DNA of 64,000 bases from a virus, in IMG/VR virus record IMGVR_UViG_3300020187_003193; one strand, 5' to 3'. A program made the translations under genes and the position numbers. Of the stretch, positions 35,981 through 47,900 are shown one piece after another; within the stretch, counting starts at the first letter, position 1; each line of letters starts with the position of its first letter. Under the pieces are notes generated by a model, which saw only the letters and a program-made list of their open reading frames with translations, searched no databases and had not been told where the DNA came from.

Positions 35981-38305
35981 ATGAAAATACTCGCTTCAAC
36001 TAGTTTTATAGGCACTACAGGATATGCAAACCATGCACAATCCTTTTTTACTGCTTTAGATAAACTCACTCCTGTTAAAGTACGAAATTTTACTATAGGT
36101 AAAGGCTGGGAAGGTAACTCTAAAAATCAACACGATAAAGAGCCATACTTAACCCCCCAAATGAAGAGAATGCTTCATTCACAAACCCTATGGAACTCAG
36201 ATGGTACTAAAAGTGACCACCCTATATATTCACATGAAGAAGGATTTGTTCCTGATGTAAACATTGTTTTAAACGAACATAACCACCATTATTTCCATGA
36301 TTCATATGAGGGATATAAAATAGCATATAACGTATGGGAAACTACACGTTATTCAGAAGAATATTTTAATGCTATAAAAAACTTTGATGAATTATGGGTA
36401 CCTACCCAATGGCAAAAAGACATATCTGTAAAACAAGGATATCCTGAAGATAAAGTGTTTGTTATACCCGAAGGAGTAGACGGTGATACTTTCAAACCTA
36501 CATCTAAACCTAAAAAACGAGATAAATTTCAATTTATCGTAGTAGGAAGATGGGATTATAGAAAAGGTGTAAAAGAAAGTATAGAGGCATTCCTCAAAGC
36601 ATTCCCAGATAATCAAAATGTTGAACTTTTAATTAATGTTGAAAATCCCTTCCCGGTAGATGGCATGTCATCAACAGAAGAACGTTTAAAACATTACGGA
36701 TTAGAGGATGATAGAATAAAAATATTAAAGTTTTTAGATAGAAAAGAATATATTAAATTAATTCAAAACGCTGATGTATTTTTATCATGCGCTCGTGCTG
36801 AGGGATGGAATTTACCATTAATTGAAGCTTTAGCTTGTGGTATCCCTTCAATATATACAAAATGTAGCGGACAACTTGAATTCACAGAGGGTAAAGGGCT
36901 AGGTATAGGAATACTAGGAGAAGAACCTGCAACTAACAATAAAAATCTTACCTACGATCAAAACTTACCCGGTAATTTTTATACTCCCGATTTAGAGGAT
37001 TTAGTTGTTAAAATAAAGGACGCATATGATAACTGGGACGTATGGAAATTATGGCATCTTAAGAGGTCTAAAGAAATACGTAAAAAGTTTTCATGGGAAA
37101 ATCAAGCTAAATTAGCACATGACAGATTAAAAATTGTTAAAACTCTTACCCCTAAAACCTCCATAAATAAAGTGCCTAGGTTAGAAGTAAACTTTGTAGA
37201 TGGTCCTTATGCATGTTTAAGAGATTCTAATAAAGAATATATAGTAGACTTTATTAATCGAGATATAAATAAAGTTGAATTTACTACCCCTCTAAAAAAT
37301 AATCACTGGAGTAAAACTTATTATAAGTATTTTATTAATTGGGAACTAAGACTTAAAAACCAAAAAGGTGAAATATTAAATACCCACAAATATAATGCAT
37401 CCAATAAACGTGTTTATATATCATTAGGGTCAAAATCATTAGGAGATACTTTAGCATGGTTCCCTTATGTAGAAGAATTTAGAAAAAAACATAATTGTCA
37501 CGTAGTTGTATCTACTTTTTGGAATCATTTCTTTGAAGGACATTATCCTGAGTTAGAATTTGTTAAACCTGGAGAGGCTGTAAATAATTTATATGCTATG
37601 TATGAATTAGGTTGGTACTATAAAGATAATAGTAATGAACTAGACCTCTATAAACAACCCGTAGATCCTAAATCTATTACACTTCAACAAACTGCAACTA
37701 ACATATTAGGTTTAGAATATAAAGAAATTATACCTAAAATAAATGTACCTGTTAAAGAGAGACCATTTAAAGAAAAATATATTGTATTCTCACCACATGC
37801 CTCAGCATCTGCCAAATACTGGCACCATGAAACGGGGTGGCAAGATGTAATTAACTACGTTACAAACGTATTAGGTTTCAAAATGGTAATGATATCTAAA
37901 GAACCATACGATAGCGAATGGGAAACAAATAAACTGCCAAGAAATAAAAAATTCGAAAATATAATAGATGCTACAGGTGACCATCCAATAGAAGATATTA
38001 TGAATATGATATACTACTCAGAAATGTACATTGGTGTTTCAAGTGGTTTAGCATGGTTAACATGGGCAATCCAAAAACCAGTAGTGATGGTATCAGGATT
38101 CAGTTCATCTTGGACCGAGTTCACTACAAAAATACAGCGAATTATAAACAAAGATGTATGTAATTCTTGCTTTAATAACTCAAAATTAGACGCAGGTGAT
38201 TGGGATTGGTGCCCAAATCATAAAGATACCCCAAGACAGTTTGAATGCACTAAAAAAATATCCCCAGAACAAGTAATAAAAGGCATTACTCGTAGTCTTG
38301 TGTAA
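35981..38305 (+). CDS. Bifunctional glycosyltransferase: GT4 + Aah/TibC-like O-heptosyltransferase
   Basis: GT4: VGRWDYRKG and EGWNLPLIE (Ex7E). C-terminal half: SLGDTLAW...YPELEF, GVSSGL.WL, and CNSC...WCP...FEC four-Cys site. Confidence 0.85.
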   Translation: MKILASTSFIGTTGYANHAQSFFTALDKLTPVKVRNFTIGKGWEGNSKNQHDKEPYLTPQMKRMLHSQTLWNSDGTKSDHPIYSHEEGFVPDVNIVLNEHNHHYFHDSYEGYKIAYNVWETTRYSEEYFNAIKNFDELWVPTQWQKDISVKQGYPEDKVFVIPEGVDGDTFKPTSKPKKRDKFQFIVVGRWDYRKGVKESIEAFLKAFPDNQNVELLINVENPFPVDGMSSTEERLKHYGLEDDRIKILKFLDRKEYIKLIQNADVFLSCARAEGWNLPLIEALACGIPSIYTKCSGQLEFTEGKGLGIGILGEEPATNNKNLTYDQNLPGNFYTPDLEDLVVKIKDAYDNWDVWKLWHLKRSKEIRKKFSWENQAKLAHDRLKIVKTLTPKTSINKVPRLEVNFVDGPYACLRDSNKEYIVDFINRDINKVEFTTPLKNNHWSKTYYKYFINWELRLKNQKGEILNTHKYNASNKRVYISLGSKSLGDTLAWFPYVEEFRKKHNCHVVVSTFWNHFFEGHYPELEFVKPGEAVNNLYAMYELGWYYKDNSNELDLYKQPVDPKSITLQQTATNILGLEYKEIIPKINVPVKERPFKEKYIVFSPHASASAKYWHHETGWQDVINYVTNVLGFKMVMISKEPYDSEWETNKLPRNKKFENIIDATGDHPIEDIMNMIYYSEMYIGVSSGLAWLTWAIQKPVVMVSGFSSSWTEFTTKIQRIINKDVCNSCFNNSKLDAGDWDWCPNHKDTPRQFECTKKISPEQVIKGITRSLV

Positions 38306-38312
38306 TATTTAT
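38305..38312 (+). promoter_or_regulatory. ATATTTAT putative late promoter
   Basis: Motif upstream of the first fibre gene. Confidence 0.6.
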
Positions 38313-38348
38313 TAGGGAATAATCCTTGGTAAATAGAAATCACAATAA

Positions 38349-41300
38349 ATGGCTACAATAAGTACATCGGGTATACAGAGTGGAAGTGTAATTAAAGCTG
38401 AACACGTTCTTGACATAATAGATGCCTTAAATGGTAATACTGCAACAGGTATAGTAATATCAGGATCAGTAAGGATTACAGGAAGTTTTAATTTTGACAC
38501 ATCATCTTTACCTTATACACCTTTTGATGAGGCCCCCTATATTTTAGCATATAATACAGGAAGTGGAGAAGTATCTTTCTCTGAAAGAGGTGCTACTTCA
38601 GGAACTTCAGGAACATCTGGTACATCTGGTACAGATGGTACATCGGGTACATCAGGTTCATCTGGAACTTCGGGCACTTCAGGTAGTTCAGGTTCTTCAG
38701 GGTCATCAGGAAGCTCAGGCACATCCGGTAGCTCAGGCTCAAGTGGTACATCCGGCTCATCTGGAACTTCAGGTACTGATGGTACATCTGGTACATCAGG
38801 TTCATCTGGAACCTCAGGTACATCAGGTAGTTCAGGTACAGATGGTACATCAGGCACATCAGGATCTTCAGGTACAAGTGGTACATCTGGTACATCAGGT
38901 TCATCTGGAACTTCAGGCTCATCTGGCTCATCAGGTTCAAGTGGATCATCAGGCACATCTGGTTCTTCGGGTACTTCAGGTACTTCTGGTAGCTCTGGCT
39001 CATCAGGTTCATCTGGCTCTTCAGGAAGCTCAGGCACATCTGGCTCATCAGGTTCTTCAGGCACATCTGGTAGCTCAGGTTCATCAGGTTCAAGTGGATC
39101 ATCAGGAACATCTGGCTCTTCAGGTAGCTCAGGCACATCCGGTAGCTCAGGAACATCTGGTTCTTCAGGCACATCAGGTACTTCGGGTAGTGATGGAACA
39201 TCGGGATCATCAGGAAGTTCAGGAACATCAGGCTCATCAGGAACATCCGGTTCTTCAGGAAGCTCAGGCACATCCGGTTCATCTGGCTCTTCAGGAAGCT
39301 CAGGCACATCTGGCTCATCAGGTTCTTCAGGTACTTCTGGTTCAAGTGGAACTAGTGGAACAAGTGGTGCTGTATACTCTTCAACATCACCCTCAGAATT
39401 AACAATAGGAACTGGTACTCAAAACTTAACAGTTGGTACTGGTTTAACATATACAGCAGGACAAGGTGTTATTATCACCGAGGCTGCTGCCCCTACAACT
39501 AACTACATGGAAGGTAGAGTAACATCATATAATGGTGGTACCGGTGCCTTAGTAGTAGATGTATTTACCGCAGAGGGAAGTGGAACATTCTCAAGCTGGA
39601 ATGTAAACTTACAATCAGCTCCTGGTACATCCGGTACATCCGGTACATCAGGTGGTACACAGATAGCAAATAACACAGGTAGTTATATGTTAACTGCTCA
39701 AGGAACTGCTGAAGTACTAGCCCATGAAGAAATTCAATTTTCAAATACTTGGTTAACAGCTTCTAATGCTATTATTCCTGGAGATTTAATAGTAGAAGGT
39801 ACAGCCTCTGTTTCTTTCCTACAAAGTGTTACAGGTTCAGCCAAAATAATTGGAGACGCCTTTATTATCTTAAATAATAATACACCTGCGGAAAGATATG
39901 CAGGTATTGTAGTTCAAGATAGTGGATCTACTAATGATACAGCTTCATTACAATTTGATGGGCAAACAAATGACTGGTTCTACGAATACACAGATGATGG
40001 AGGAGCAACTGTAGATCATGGTGTAGTAATATTCGGAGAAGCTTACGATACTAAAGGTTCACCAATTTATCCAAGCAATAACACAATTCAAAAAGGTAAT
40101 GGTGAACATCATATATTAGATTCAAATATTACAGATGACGATAGTCATATAAAATTAGGAATAGATACAGTAGTTTCAAGCTCTTTAGATGTTACTGGAA
40201 GCTTACAATTAACTGGATCCTTAAATATAAGTGGCTTACAAGCCAACGCTTCTGAAGATACAATCTTAGTAATCAGCCCAGCGGGTGTAGTAGGAACAAA
40301 AGAAGGAGCAGCAAGTTCAGGTACTTCAGGTACAGATGGAACTTCAGGAACAAATGGTTCCGACGGAACAGGTGGTTCTTCAGGATCATCTGGTTCTTCA
40401 GGTTCATCAGGAACTAATGGAACATCTGGTTCATCCGGTTCATCTGGTACAAACGGTACAGATGGCACATCTGGCAGTTCAGGCTTTTCAGGTACATCCG
40501 GTTCATCAGGTACTTCAGGTACGGATGGTACTTCAGGTAGTTCAGGCACAAATGGAACATCAGGATCTTCAGGCTCATCAGGCTCATCAGGCTCATCAGG
40601 TAGCTCAGGTTCTTCAGGTACAAATGGTACAGATGGTACATCAGGTTCTTCAGGAAGCTCGGGAACATCAGGCTCCTCAGGTTCATCCGGAACAAACGGA
40701 ACAAATGGTACCTCAGGATCATCGGGTTCATCAGGTACTTCAGGTTCATCTGGTTCTTCAGGAACAAATGGAACAAATGGAACATCCGGTTCTTCAGGCA
40801 CATCTGGAACTTCAGGTTCATCAGGTTCATCAGGTACAAACGGAACAAGTGGAACATCAGGTTCATCTGGAACATCAGGTACATCAGGTTCATCTGGAAC
40901 TTCAGGTTCATCAGGTACATCTGGTATTGCCGGACCAACTGGCCCTACAGGACCAACAGGACCAACAGGTGCTACAGGACCTGCGGGAACGTCTGGTTCA
41001 TCCGGTACATCTGGCAGCTCAGGTACATCAGGATCATCAGGAACATCTGGTGCTACAGGACCAACAGGACCTACAGGACCAACAGGTGCAGGAGGAACAT
41101 CAGGTTCTTCAGGTACATCTGGAACAACAACAATTACAGGTAATGCAAATAATAGAGTATTAACTGCAACAGGTACCGCAACTATTAATGGTGAAGCTAA
41201 TTTAACCTTTGATGGTAGTACTTTAACAGTAGCAGGCTCAATAAATGAAACTTCTTCAAGAAGATTTAAGAAAAATATTACTCCTTTAGAAAACCAACTA

Positions 41301-41528
41301 GAAAAATTATTACAATTAAACCCTGTAGAATATGATTGGGTTAAAGATGGTAAGCATGATATTGGTTTGATAGCTGAAGAAGTAAACGAATTAATCCCAG
41401 AAGTGGTTCACGTAATAGAAGATGAAGTACAAGGTATACATTACTCTAGATTAACCGCAGTTTTAATTAAAGCAGTACAAGAATTAAAACAAGAAGTAGA
41501 ACTTCTTAAAGCAAAATTAAATGGCTAA
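38349..41528 (+). CDS. Tail fibre with Gly-Ser/Thr collagen-like blocks and S74 intramolecular chaperone
   Basis: Two long (G-T/S-S)n blocks, GPT triplets, C-terminal SSRRFKKNI...LNPVEYDW. Confidence 0.85.
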   Translation: MATISTSGIQSGSVIKAEHVLDIIDALNGNTATGIVISGSVRITGSFNFDTSSLPYTPFDEAPYILAYNTGSGEVSFSERGATSGTSGTSGTSGTDGTSGTSGSSGTSGTSGSSGSSGSSGSSGTSGSSGSSGTSGSSGTSGTDGTSGTSGSSGTSGTSGSSGTDGTSGTSGSSGTSGTSGTSGSSGTSGSSGSSGSSGSSGTSGSSGTSGTSGSSGSSGSSGSSGSSGTSGSSGSSGTSGSSGSSGSSGSSGTSGSSGSSGTSGSSGTSGSSGTSGTSGSDGTSGSSGSSGTSGSSGTSGSSGSSGTSGSSGSSGSSGTSGSSGSSGTSGSSGTSGTSGAVYSSTSPSELTIGTGTQNLTVGTGLTYTAGQGVIITEAAAPTTNYMEGRVTSYNGGTGALVVDVFTAEGSGTFSSWNVNLQSAPGTSGTSGTSGGTQIANNTGSYMLTAQGTAEVLAHEEIQFSNTWLTASNAIIPGDLIVEGTASVSFLQSVTGSAKIIGDAFIILNNNTPAERYAGIVVQDSGSTNDTASLQFDGQTNDWFYEYTDDGGATVDHGVVIFGEAYDTKGSPIYPSNNTIQKGNGEHHILDSNITDDDSHIKLGIDTVVSSSLDVTGSLQLTGSLNISGLQANASEDTILVISPAGVVGTKEGAASSGTSGTDGTSGTNGSDGTGGSSGSSGSSGSSGTNGTSGSSGSSGTNGTDGTSGSSGFSGTSGSSGTSGTDGTSGSSGTNGTSGSSGSSGSSGSSGSSGSSGTNGTDGTSGSSGSSGTSGSSGSSGTNGTNGTSGSSGSSGTSGSSGSSGTNGTNGTSGSSGTSGTSGSSGSSGTNGTSGTSGSSGTSGTSGSSGTSGSSGTSGIAGPTGPTGPTGPTGATGPAGTSGSSGTSGSSGTSGSSGTSGATGPTGPTGPTGAGGTSGSSGTSGTTTITGNANNRVLTATGTATINGEANLTFDGSTLTVAGSINETSSRRFKKNITPLENQLEKLLQLNPVEYDWVKDGKHDIGLIAEEVNELIPEVVHVIEDEVQGIHYSRLTAVLIKAVQELKQEVELLKAKLNG
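38601..39368 (+). repeat. (Gly-Thr/Ser-Ser)n block, about 85 triplets
   Basis: Gly at every third residue without interruption. Confidence 0.95.
40320..41123 (+). repeat. (Gly-X-Y)n Ser/Thr block, about 89 triplets
   Basis: [12 protein letters not shown], then GPT triplets. Confidence 0.95.
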
Positions 41529-41898
41529 GAATGTTAGAATAGTACCTGCTTCTGGTTCTATCTACTTCACAGGTGATGGATATGATATAACAGGATCAGT
41601 AGTACTTAAAACTTTAGGGAATACAGAAGACCTTGCTTTCGCTGTTGCCGATAGTAATGAACCTATCCTTCTCATATCAAAAGAATCTGGTAGAGTAGCA
41701 GTAGGAATATCATCAGCATCAGCTAAATTAGAAGTATTTTCAAACACAGATGAAGATCTTTTATTAATTAGAAACTCCAATGGAGGTATAAAAGTAAACA
41801 ATGAAGGAGTTTTAGTATTATCTAACTATGACGGCGAACCTACTCCCGTAAGTGGGGGGATATATTACAGTAATTCCCAATTCTTTGTTGGGCCCTAA
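41521..41898 (+). CDS. Small fibre-associated protein
   Basis: 125 aa; PASGSIYF; VGI...SAKLEV beta-repeat. Confidence 0.65.
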   Translation: MAKNVRIVPASGSIYFTGDGYDITGSVVLKTLGNTEDLAFAVADSNEPILLISKESGRVAVGISSASAKLEVFSNTDEDLLLIRNSNGGIKVNNEGVLVLSNYDGEPTPVSGGIYYSNSQFFVGP

Positions 41899-41906
41899 AT
41901 ATTTAT
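41899..41906 (+). promoter_or_regulatory. ATATTTAT putative late promoter
   Basis: Motif upstream of the 2056-aa gene. Confidence 0.6.
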
Positions 41907-41953
41907 TAAAGAACAATCACAAATTCAACCCACAACTAAAAAACACATAACAA

Positions 41954-44900
41954 ATGGCAGAATGGAAAAAGGTCGTCGTCTCCGGTAGCGACGTATCACA
42001 ATTAACAAATGATGCGAATTACTTAGTAGATGGCCAAGAGGGAGCAGTCCTTTCCGGTTCATTTACAGGTTCATTCTCAGGAGACGGATCTGGACTTACT
42101 GGTATTGCCTCTACTCTAAGCTTAGCAGGAGATGCAGGTACTGACTCTATCAATCTCAAAACCGAAACATTAACTATTGACGGTACTAAGGGTATTTCTA
42201 CTTCCATTGATGCCGCTAGTAATACAATTACTGTTAGTGGTAATGCTTTAAGCGCATCTGTTTCTACTGAAACTAACGCAAATAAAGTTGCTGCTGCTAC
42301 AAATGCAAGTAATATTACTGCATTAAGTGGTTCAGCTTCAGCTGATAGAACAGCAATTAAAGGTGCTGCTACTACATTAGCAGGAAGAGTTACTACAGCT
42401 GAAGGAGAAATTGATACTCTTCAAAGTGATGCTACTGCATTAACTACAAGAGTAACTACAGCTGAAGGGGATATTTCCGATATCGAAACTGCAGCTACAA
42501 CTTTAGCAGGTAGAGTAACTACGGCTGAAGGAGACATTTCTGATATCGAAACCGCCGCTACAACATTAGCAGGGAGAGTTTCTGATAACGAAACTGCTAT
42601 TGCAACTAATGCAACTGATATTGCTACTGAAAAAGGTAGAGTAGATGCAATTTTAGACGCTTCATCAGCTGATAAAGATTCATTTGCAGAGATTGTAACT
42701 TTAATCAACTCAGTAGATACAGCTAACGACGACGCACTTGCAGGATACGTATTATCTAATAATACTAGATCAACTACAATTGAAAGTGCCTCTGCTGCAT
42801 TATCAGGTAGAGTAACTTCAAACGAAGATGCAATTGCTGCATTAGACGATACTTACGCTACAGAAGCTGAAGTTGCTTCTGCTGTTCTTGCTTTAAGCGG
42901 ATCAGCTGCAGCTAAACAAGCTGCTAACACGGCTGCTATCGTTGCAAATGATGGTGAAATTGCTACGTTACAATCAGATGCTACTGCTTTAACAGCTAGA
43001 GTAGGTGCTAACGAAGATGCCATTGCAGCCTTAGACGATACTTACGCTACAGATGCAGAAATTGCAAGTGCTGTAAGCGCATTAAGTGGTTCAGCTTCTG
43101 CAGATAGAACAATAATTAAAAATAGTGTTAGTTCTGAAGCTACTACAAGAGCAGCTGCAGATACAACATTACAGGGAAATATTGACAGTGAAGCTTCTAC
43201 AAGAGCAGCAGCTGATACAACCTTACAAAGTAATATAGATTCTGAAGCAGCTACTAGATTAGCTAATGATAATACATTACAATCTAACATTAATGCACTA
43301 AGCAGCTCAGCTTCTACAGACAGAAATGTAATAAAATCTGAATTAGACGGTAAAATTACTACTGAAAAAGGTAGAATTGACGCTATTTTAAGTGCAGCCG
43401 ATGCTGATTACGATACTTTTGCTGAAATTGTAGGATTAATAAACTCAGTAGATACTGAAAATGATACAGCGTTTGGTACATATGTAACAAATAATAATGC
43501 TAGAGTAGCAGCTGTAGAAGGAGAAGTAGATGCTTTACAACTAGATTCAGCTTCATTTTCTGTAAGAGTAAAAGCAAACGAAGATGCAATTTCTGACTTA
43601 GATAATGTTTACGCTACAGATGCACAAGTAACTAGTGCAGTTTCTGCTTTAAGTAGTTCAGCTGCTGCTAAACAAGCAATTAATGCTGCTTCAATTACTT
43701 CTTTAAGCGGTTCAGCTTCTACAGACAGAAATGTAATTAAATCTGCTCTACAAGCTAATATCGATGCTGAAGAAACAGCAAGAATTGCAGCCGACGGAGT
43801 ATTACAAGGTAATATAGATTCAGAAGCCTCTACAAGATCAGCTGCTGATGCAACTTTACAAAGTAATATTACAGCATTAAGCGGATCAGCTCACGATAAG
43901 AGAGAGCTAATCAAAACTGATGTTGCTACTAACGTAAGTGCTATTTCTGGATTAGATACTAGATTAACTACTGCCGAAGGAGATATTACAGATATCGAAA
44001 CAGCAGCTTCTACATTAGCTGGAAGAGTTACTACTAACGAAGGAAATATTGCAACTAATGCTTCTGGCATAGCTGCTAACGTAAGTAGTATTTCTGCATT
44101 AAGCAGTTCAGCTTCAACAGATAGAAATGCTATAAAATCCGAATTAGAAGGAGATATTTCTTCATTAAGCGGATCAGTTTCTACAGATATTCAAGCAGAA
44201 AAAGGTAGAATTGATGCAATACTTTTAGCTTCAGATGCTGATAAGGATTCATTTGCAGAAATCGTTACCTTAATCAACTCTGTTGATACAGAAAATGATT
44301 CAGCATTTGCAGGATACGTTTCTACAAATGATGCAAGATCTACTACAATTGAAAGTGCTTCTGCTGCTTTAGCAACAAGAGTAACTTCAAATGAAGATGC
44401 AATTGCAGATTTAGATAACGTTTACGCTACAGATGCTCAAGTAACTTCTGCAGTAAATACCATTAGTGGATCAGCTTCAGCAGACAGAACAGTTATCAAA
44501 ACAGCTGCCACTGCTTTAACAAGCAGAGTTTCTACAAACGAAAGTGATATTACTGCAATCGAAAATGCAGCTACTGCTTTAAATAGTAGAGTAGGTGCTA
44601 ACGAAGATGCAATTGCTGCCTTAGATGATACTTATGCTACAGATGCTCAAGTTACTAGTGCCGTAAGTGCCCTTAGTGGATCAGCTTCTACAGACAGAAA
44701 TGCTATTAAATCTGAATTAGCTTCTGATATTTCAGACGAAGCTACTGCAAGATCTTCTGCTGATACAACATTACAAGGAAATATAGATTCAGAAGCTACT
44801 ACAAGAGCAGCTGCTGATACAACATTACAAGGAAATATTGACAGTGAAGCAACAGCTAGAGCTTCAGCTGATAGTACATTACAATCTAATATTAATAGCT

Positions 44901-47900
44901 TATCAGGTTCAGCTTCAGCAGATAGAACAGCAATTAAAGCTTCTGTTGCTACTGAAAAAGGTAGAATTGACGCTATTTTAAGTGCGGCTGATGCTGATAA
45001 AGATTCATTCGCAGAAATTGTTACTTTAATCAACTCTGTTGATACTGAAAACGATACAGCATTTGCAGGATATGTTTCTACAAACGATGCTAGAGTATTA
45101 GCAGTAGAAGGAGATATTACTGATATTGAAACTGCAGCTACAGCATTAACTAGTAGAGTAGGTGCTAACGAAGATGCAATTGCAGCTCTAGACGATACTT
45201 ACGCTACTGAAGCAGAAGTTGCTACTGCAGTAAGTGATCATAGTGGATCAGCTTCAACTGCTAGAGAATTAATCAAAACTGATTTAAACTCTTTAAGCGG
45301 TTCAGCTTCAACTGATAGAAATGCTATCAAATCTGAATTACTTTCTGATATTTCAGATGAAGAAACTAGAGCATTAGCTGCAGAAGGTGTTCTTCAAGAT
45401 AATATCGATGCTGAAGAAACAGCAAGAACTACTGCTGATTCTACCTTACAAAGTAATATTACAGCATTAAGCGGATCAGCTCACGTTAAAAGAGAAGCTA
45501 TTAAAGCTGATGTTGCTACCAACGCAAGTAACATTGCTACTAACACAGCAGATATCGCTACTGAAAAAGGTAGAATTGATGCTATTTTAGACGCTTCTGA
45601 GGCAGATAAGGATTCATTCGCTGAAATCGTAACATTAATCAACTCTGTTGATACAGAAAACGATACGGCATTTGGTACTTATGTAACAAATAATAATTCA
45701 AGATCTACTACAATTGAAAGTGCTTCTGCTGCATTAGCAGGTAGAGTAACTACAGCTGAAGGAGAAATTGATACACTTCAAAGCGACGCTTCTACTTTAT
45801 CTGGTAGAGTAGATACAGCTGAAAGTGACATTAATACAATTGAAAGTGCTTCTGCTGCTTTATCTGGTAGAGTAACTGCAAACGAAAGTGCACTTGCTTC
45901 TTTAGATGATACTTATGCTACAGAAACAGAAGTTTCAGATGCAGTTTCTGCATTAAGTAGTTCAGCTGCCGCTAAACAAGCAATTAATGCTGCTGCAATC
46001 ACTTCATTGAGTGGATCAGCTTCAACTGATAGAAATGCTATCAAATCTGAATTAGACGGTAAAATTACTACTGAAAAAGGAAGAATTGACGCTATTTTAA
46101 GTGCTGCTGACGCAGATAAAGATTCATTCGCTGAGATTGTTACCTTAATTAATAGCGTAGATACTGAAAACGATACAGCTTTTGCAGGATATGTTTCTAC
46201 AAATGACGCTAGAGTATTAGCTGTAGAAGGTGAAGTAGATGCCCTACAATTAGATTCAGCTTCATTCTCGACAAGAGTATTAGCAAACGAAGAGGCAATT
46301 GCCGATTTAGATAATGTTTATGCTACAGATGCTCAAGTAACTAGTGCTGTAAATGCATTAAGCGGTTCAGCTTCAGCAGACAGAACAGTTATTAAAGCTA
46401 GTATTGTATCTGAAACATCTGTTAGATCATCAGCTGATACAACTTTACAAAGCAATATAGATAGTGAAGCTACAACAAGAGCAGCTGCAGATACAACTTT
46501 ACAAGGTAATATCGATGCTGAAGAAACAGCTAGAATTGCTGCAGATGGTACACTACAATCTAACATCACTGCTTTAAGTGGATCAGCTCACGTTAAAAGA
46601 GAAGCTATTAAAGCTGATGTTGCTACTAACACATCCGCTATTGCTACTGAAAAAGGTAGAATTGATGCAATCCTAGATGCTTCAGACGCCGATAAGGATT
46701 CATTCGCTGAAATCGTAACATTAATCAACAGTGTTGATACAGAAAACGATACAGCATTCGGATCTTATGTTACTTCAAACAATGCTAAAGTAACAAAATT
46801 AGAAGCTACTGCTTCTGAGCATGCTGCTTTATTAGCAGATGGTGTAGTAGATATTACTTCTGCTCAAACTATCACTGGAGATAAAACATTCACTGGAGAA
46901 GTAGTAATAGGCGGAAATGCATTCCCAACAGATTCAGGTCTATATGGTCAAACATTCACAACAGACGGTAATGGTCAATTAACTTGGACAGAAACACCAG
47001 GAAGTGGTTCGACTAAGAAATTAAACCAAACTGAAGCTGCAGTAACTTGGTCATTCTTACACGACTTAGATGAAGTGTACCCAATGGTACAAGTTTACGA
47101 TTCTAATGGTGACATGGTCATTCCAGAAAGAATTGAATCTATAGATCAAAATAATGTTAAAATTTACTTCTCTGAGCCTACTACTGGGGTCGCGGCCGCA
47201 ATGGTTGGTCAGATGGGTATTAGTGCTTCAAACGCTACAAGAGCTACAAGTGCTTCAGTTGCTGACAGAGCCACTACTTTAAGCGCAGATGCTACTGCTT
47301 CATTCGCTTTATTAGCAGGTAGTGCTAGAAACGCAGATAGCGCTTCAGTTGCCGCTATAGCCACTGAATTAAGCGCAGACGCTACAGCATCATACGCTCT
47401 ATTAGCTAGTACAGTACACGATGGTAATATTTCAACTGCCAAAATTGCAGACGATGCTGTAACAGCAGATAAATTAGCTGATACAGATGTAACTGCAGGA
47501 AGCTATGGTAGTTCAACTGCTATACCAACCTTTACAGTAGATGCTCAAGGTCGTTTAACGGCTGCAGGCGAAGCTTCAATTTCAACTGATTTAAATATTG
47601 CTGGCGACAGTGGTACAGATACAGTAGGAAGCTCAGATACTTTAACATTCTCAGGTACAGCAAATGAAATTGTAACAGCTGTTACAGATAACACAGTTAC
47701 AGTTAGTTTACCAGACGATGTAACAATTGGTAATGATTTAACAGTTACTACTGATGCCTCTATTGGTGGAAACTTAACCGTAACAGGTAACTTCAGCGTA
47801 TTAGGAGATACTACTACAGTTAACACTTCTAACCTATTAGTTGAAGATAAATTTATCTTACTAAATTCTGGTTCAGCAGATCCAGATACAGGAGGTATTA

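Noticed and set aside
38537-41163. Long antisense (PEEPD...) and alternate-frame (HQVHL..., MYLMN...) ORFs over the first fibre gene
   Set aside because: Shadows of the Gly-Ser/Thr repeat, which lacks stops in other frames; no promoter or independent features.
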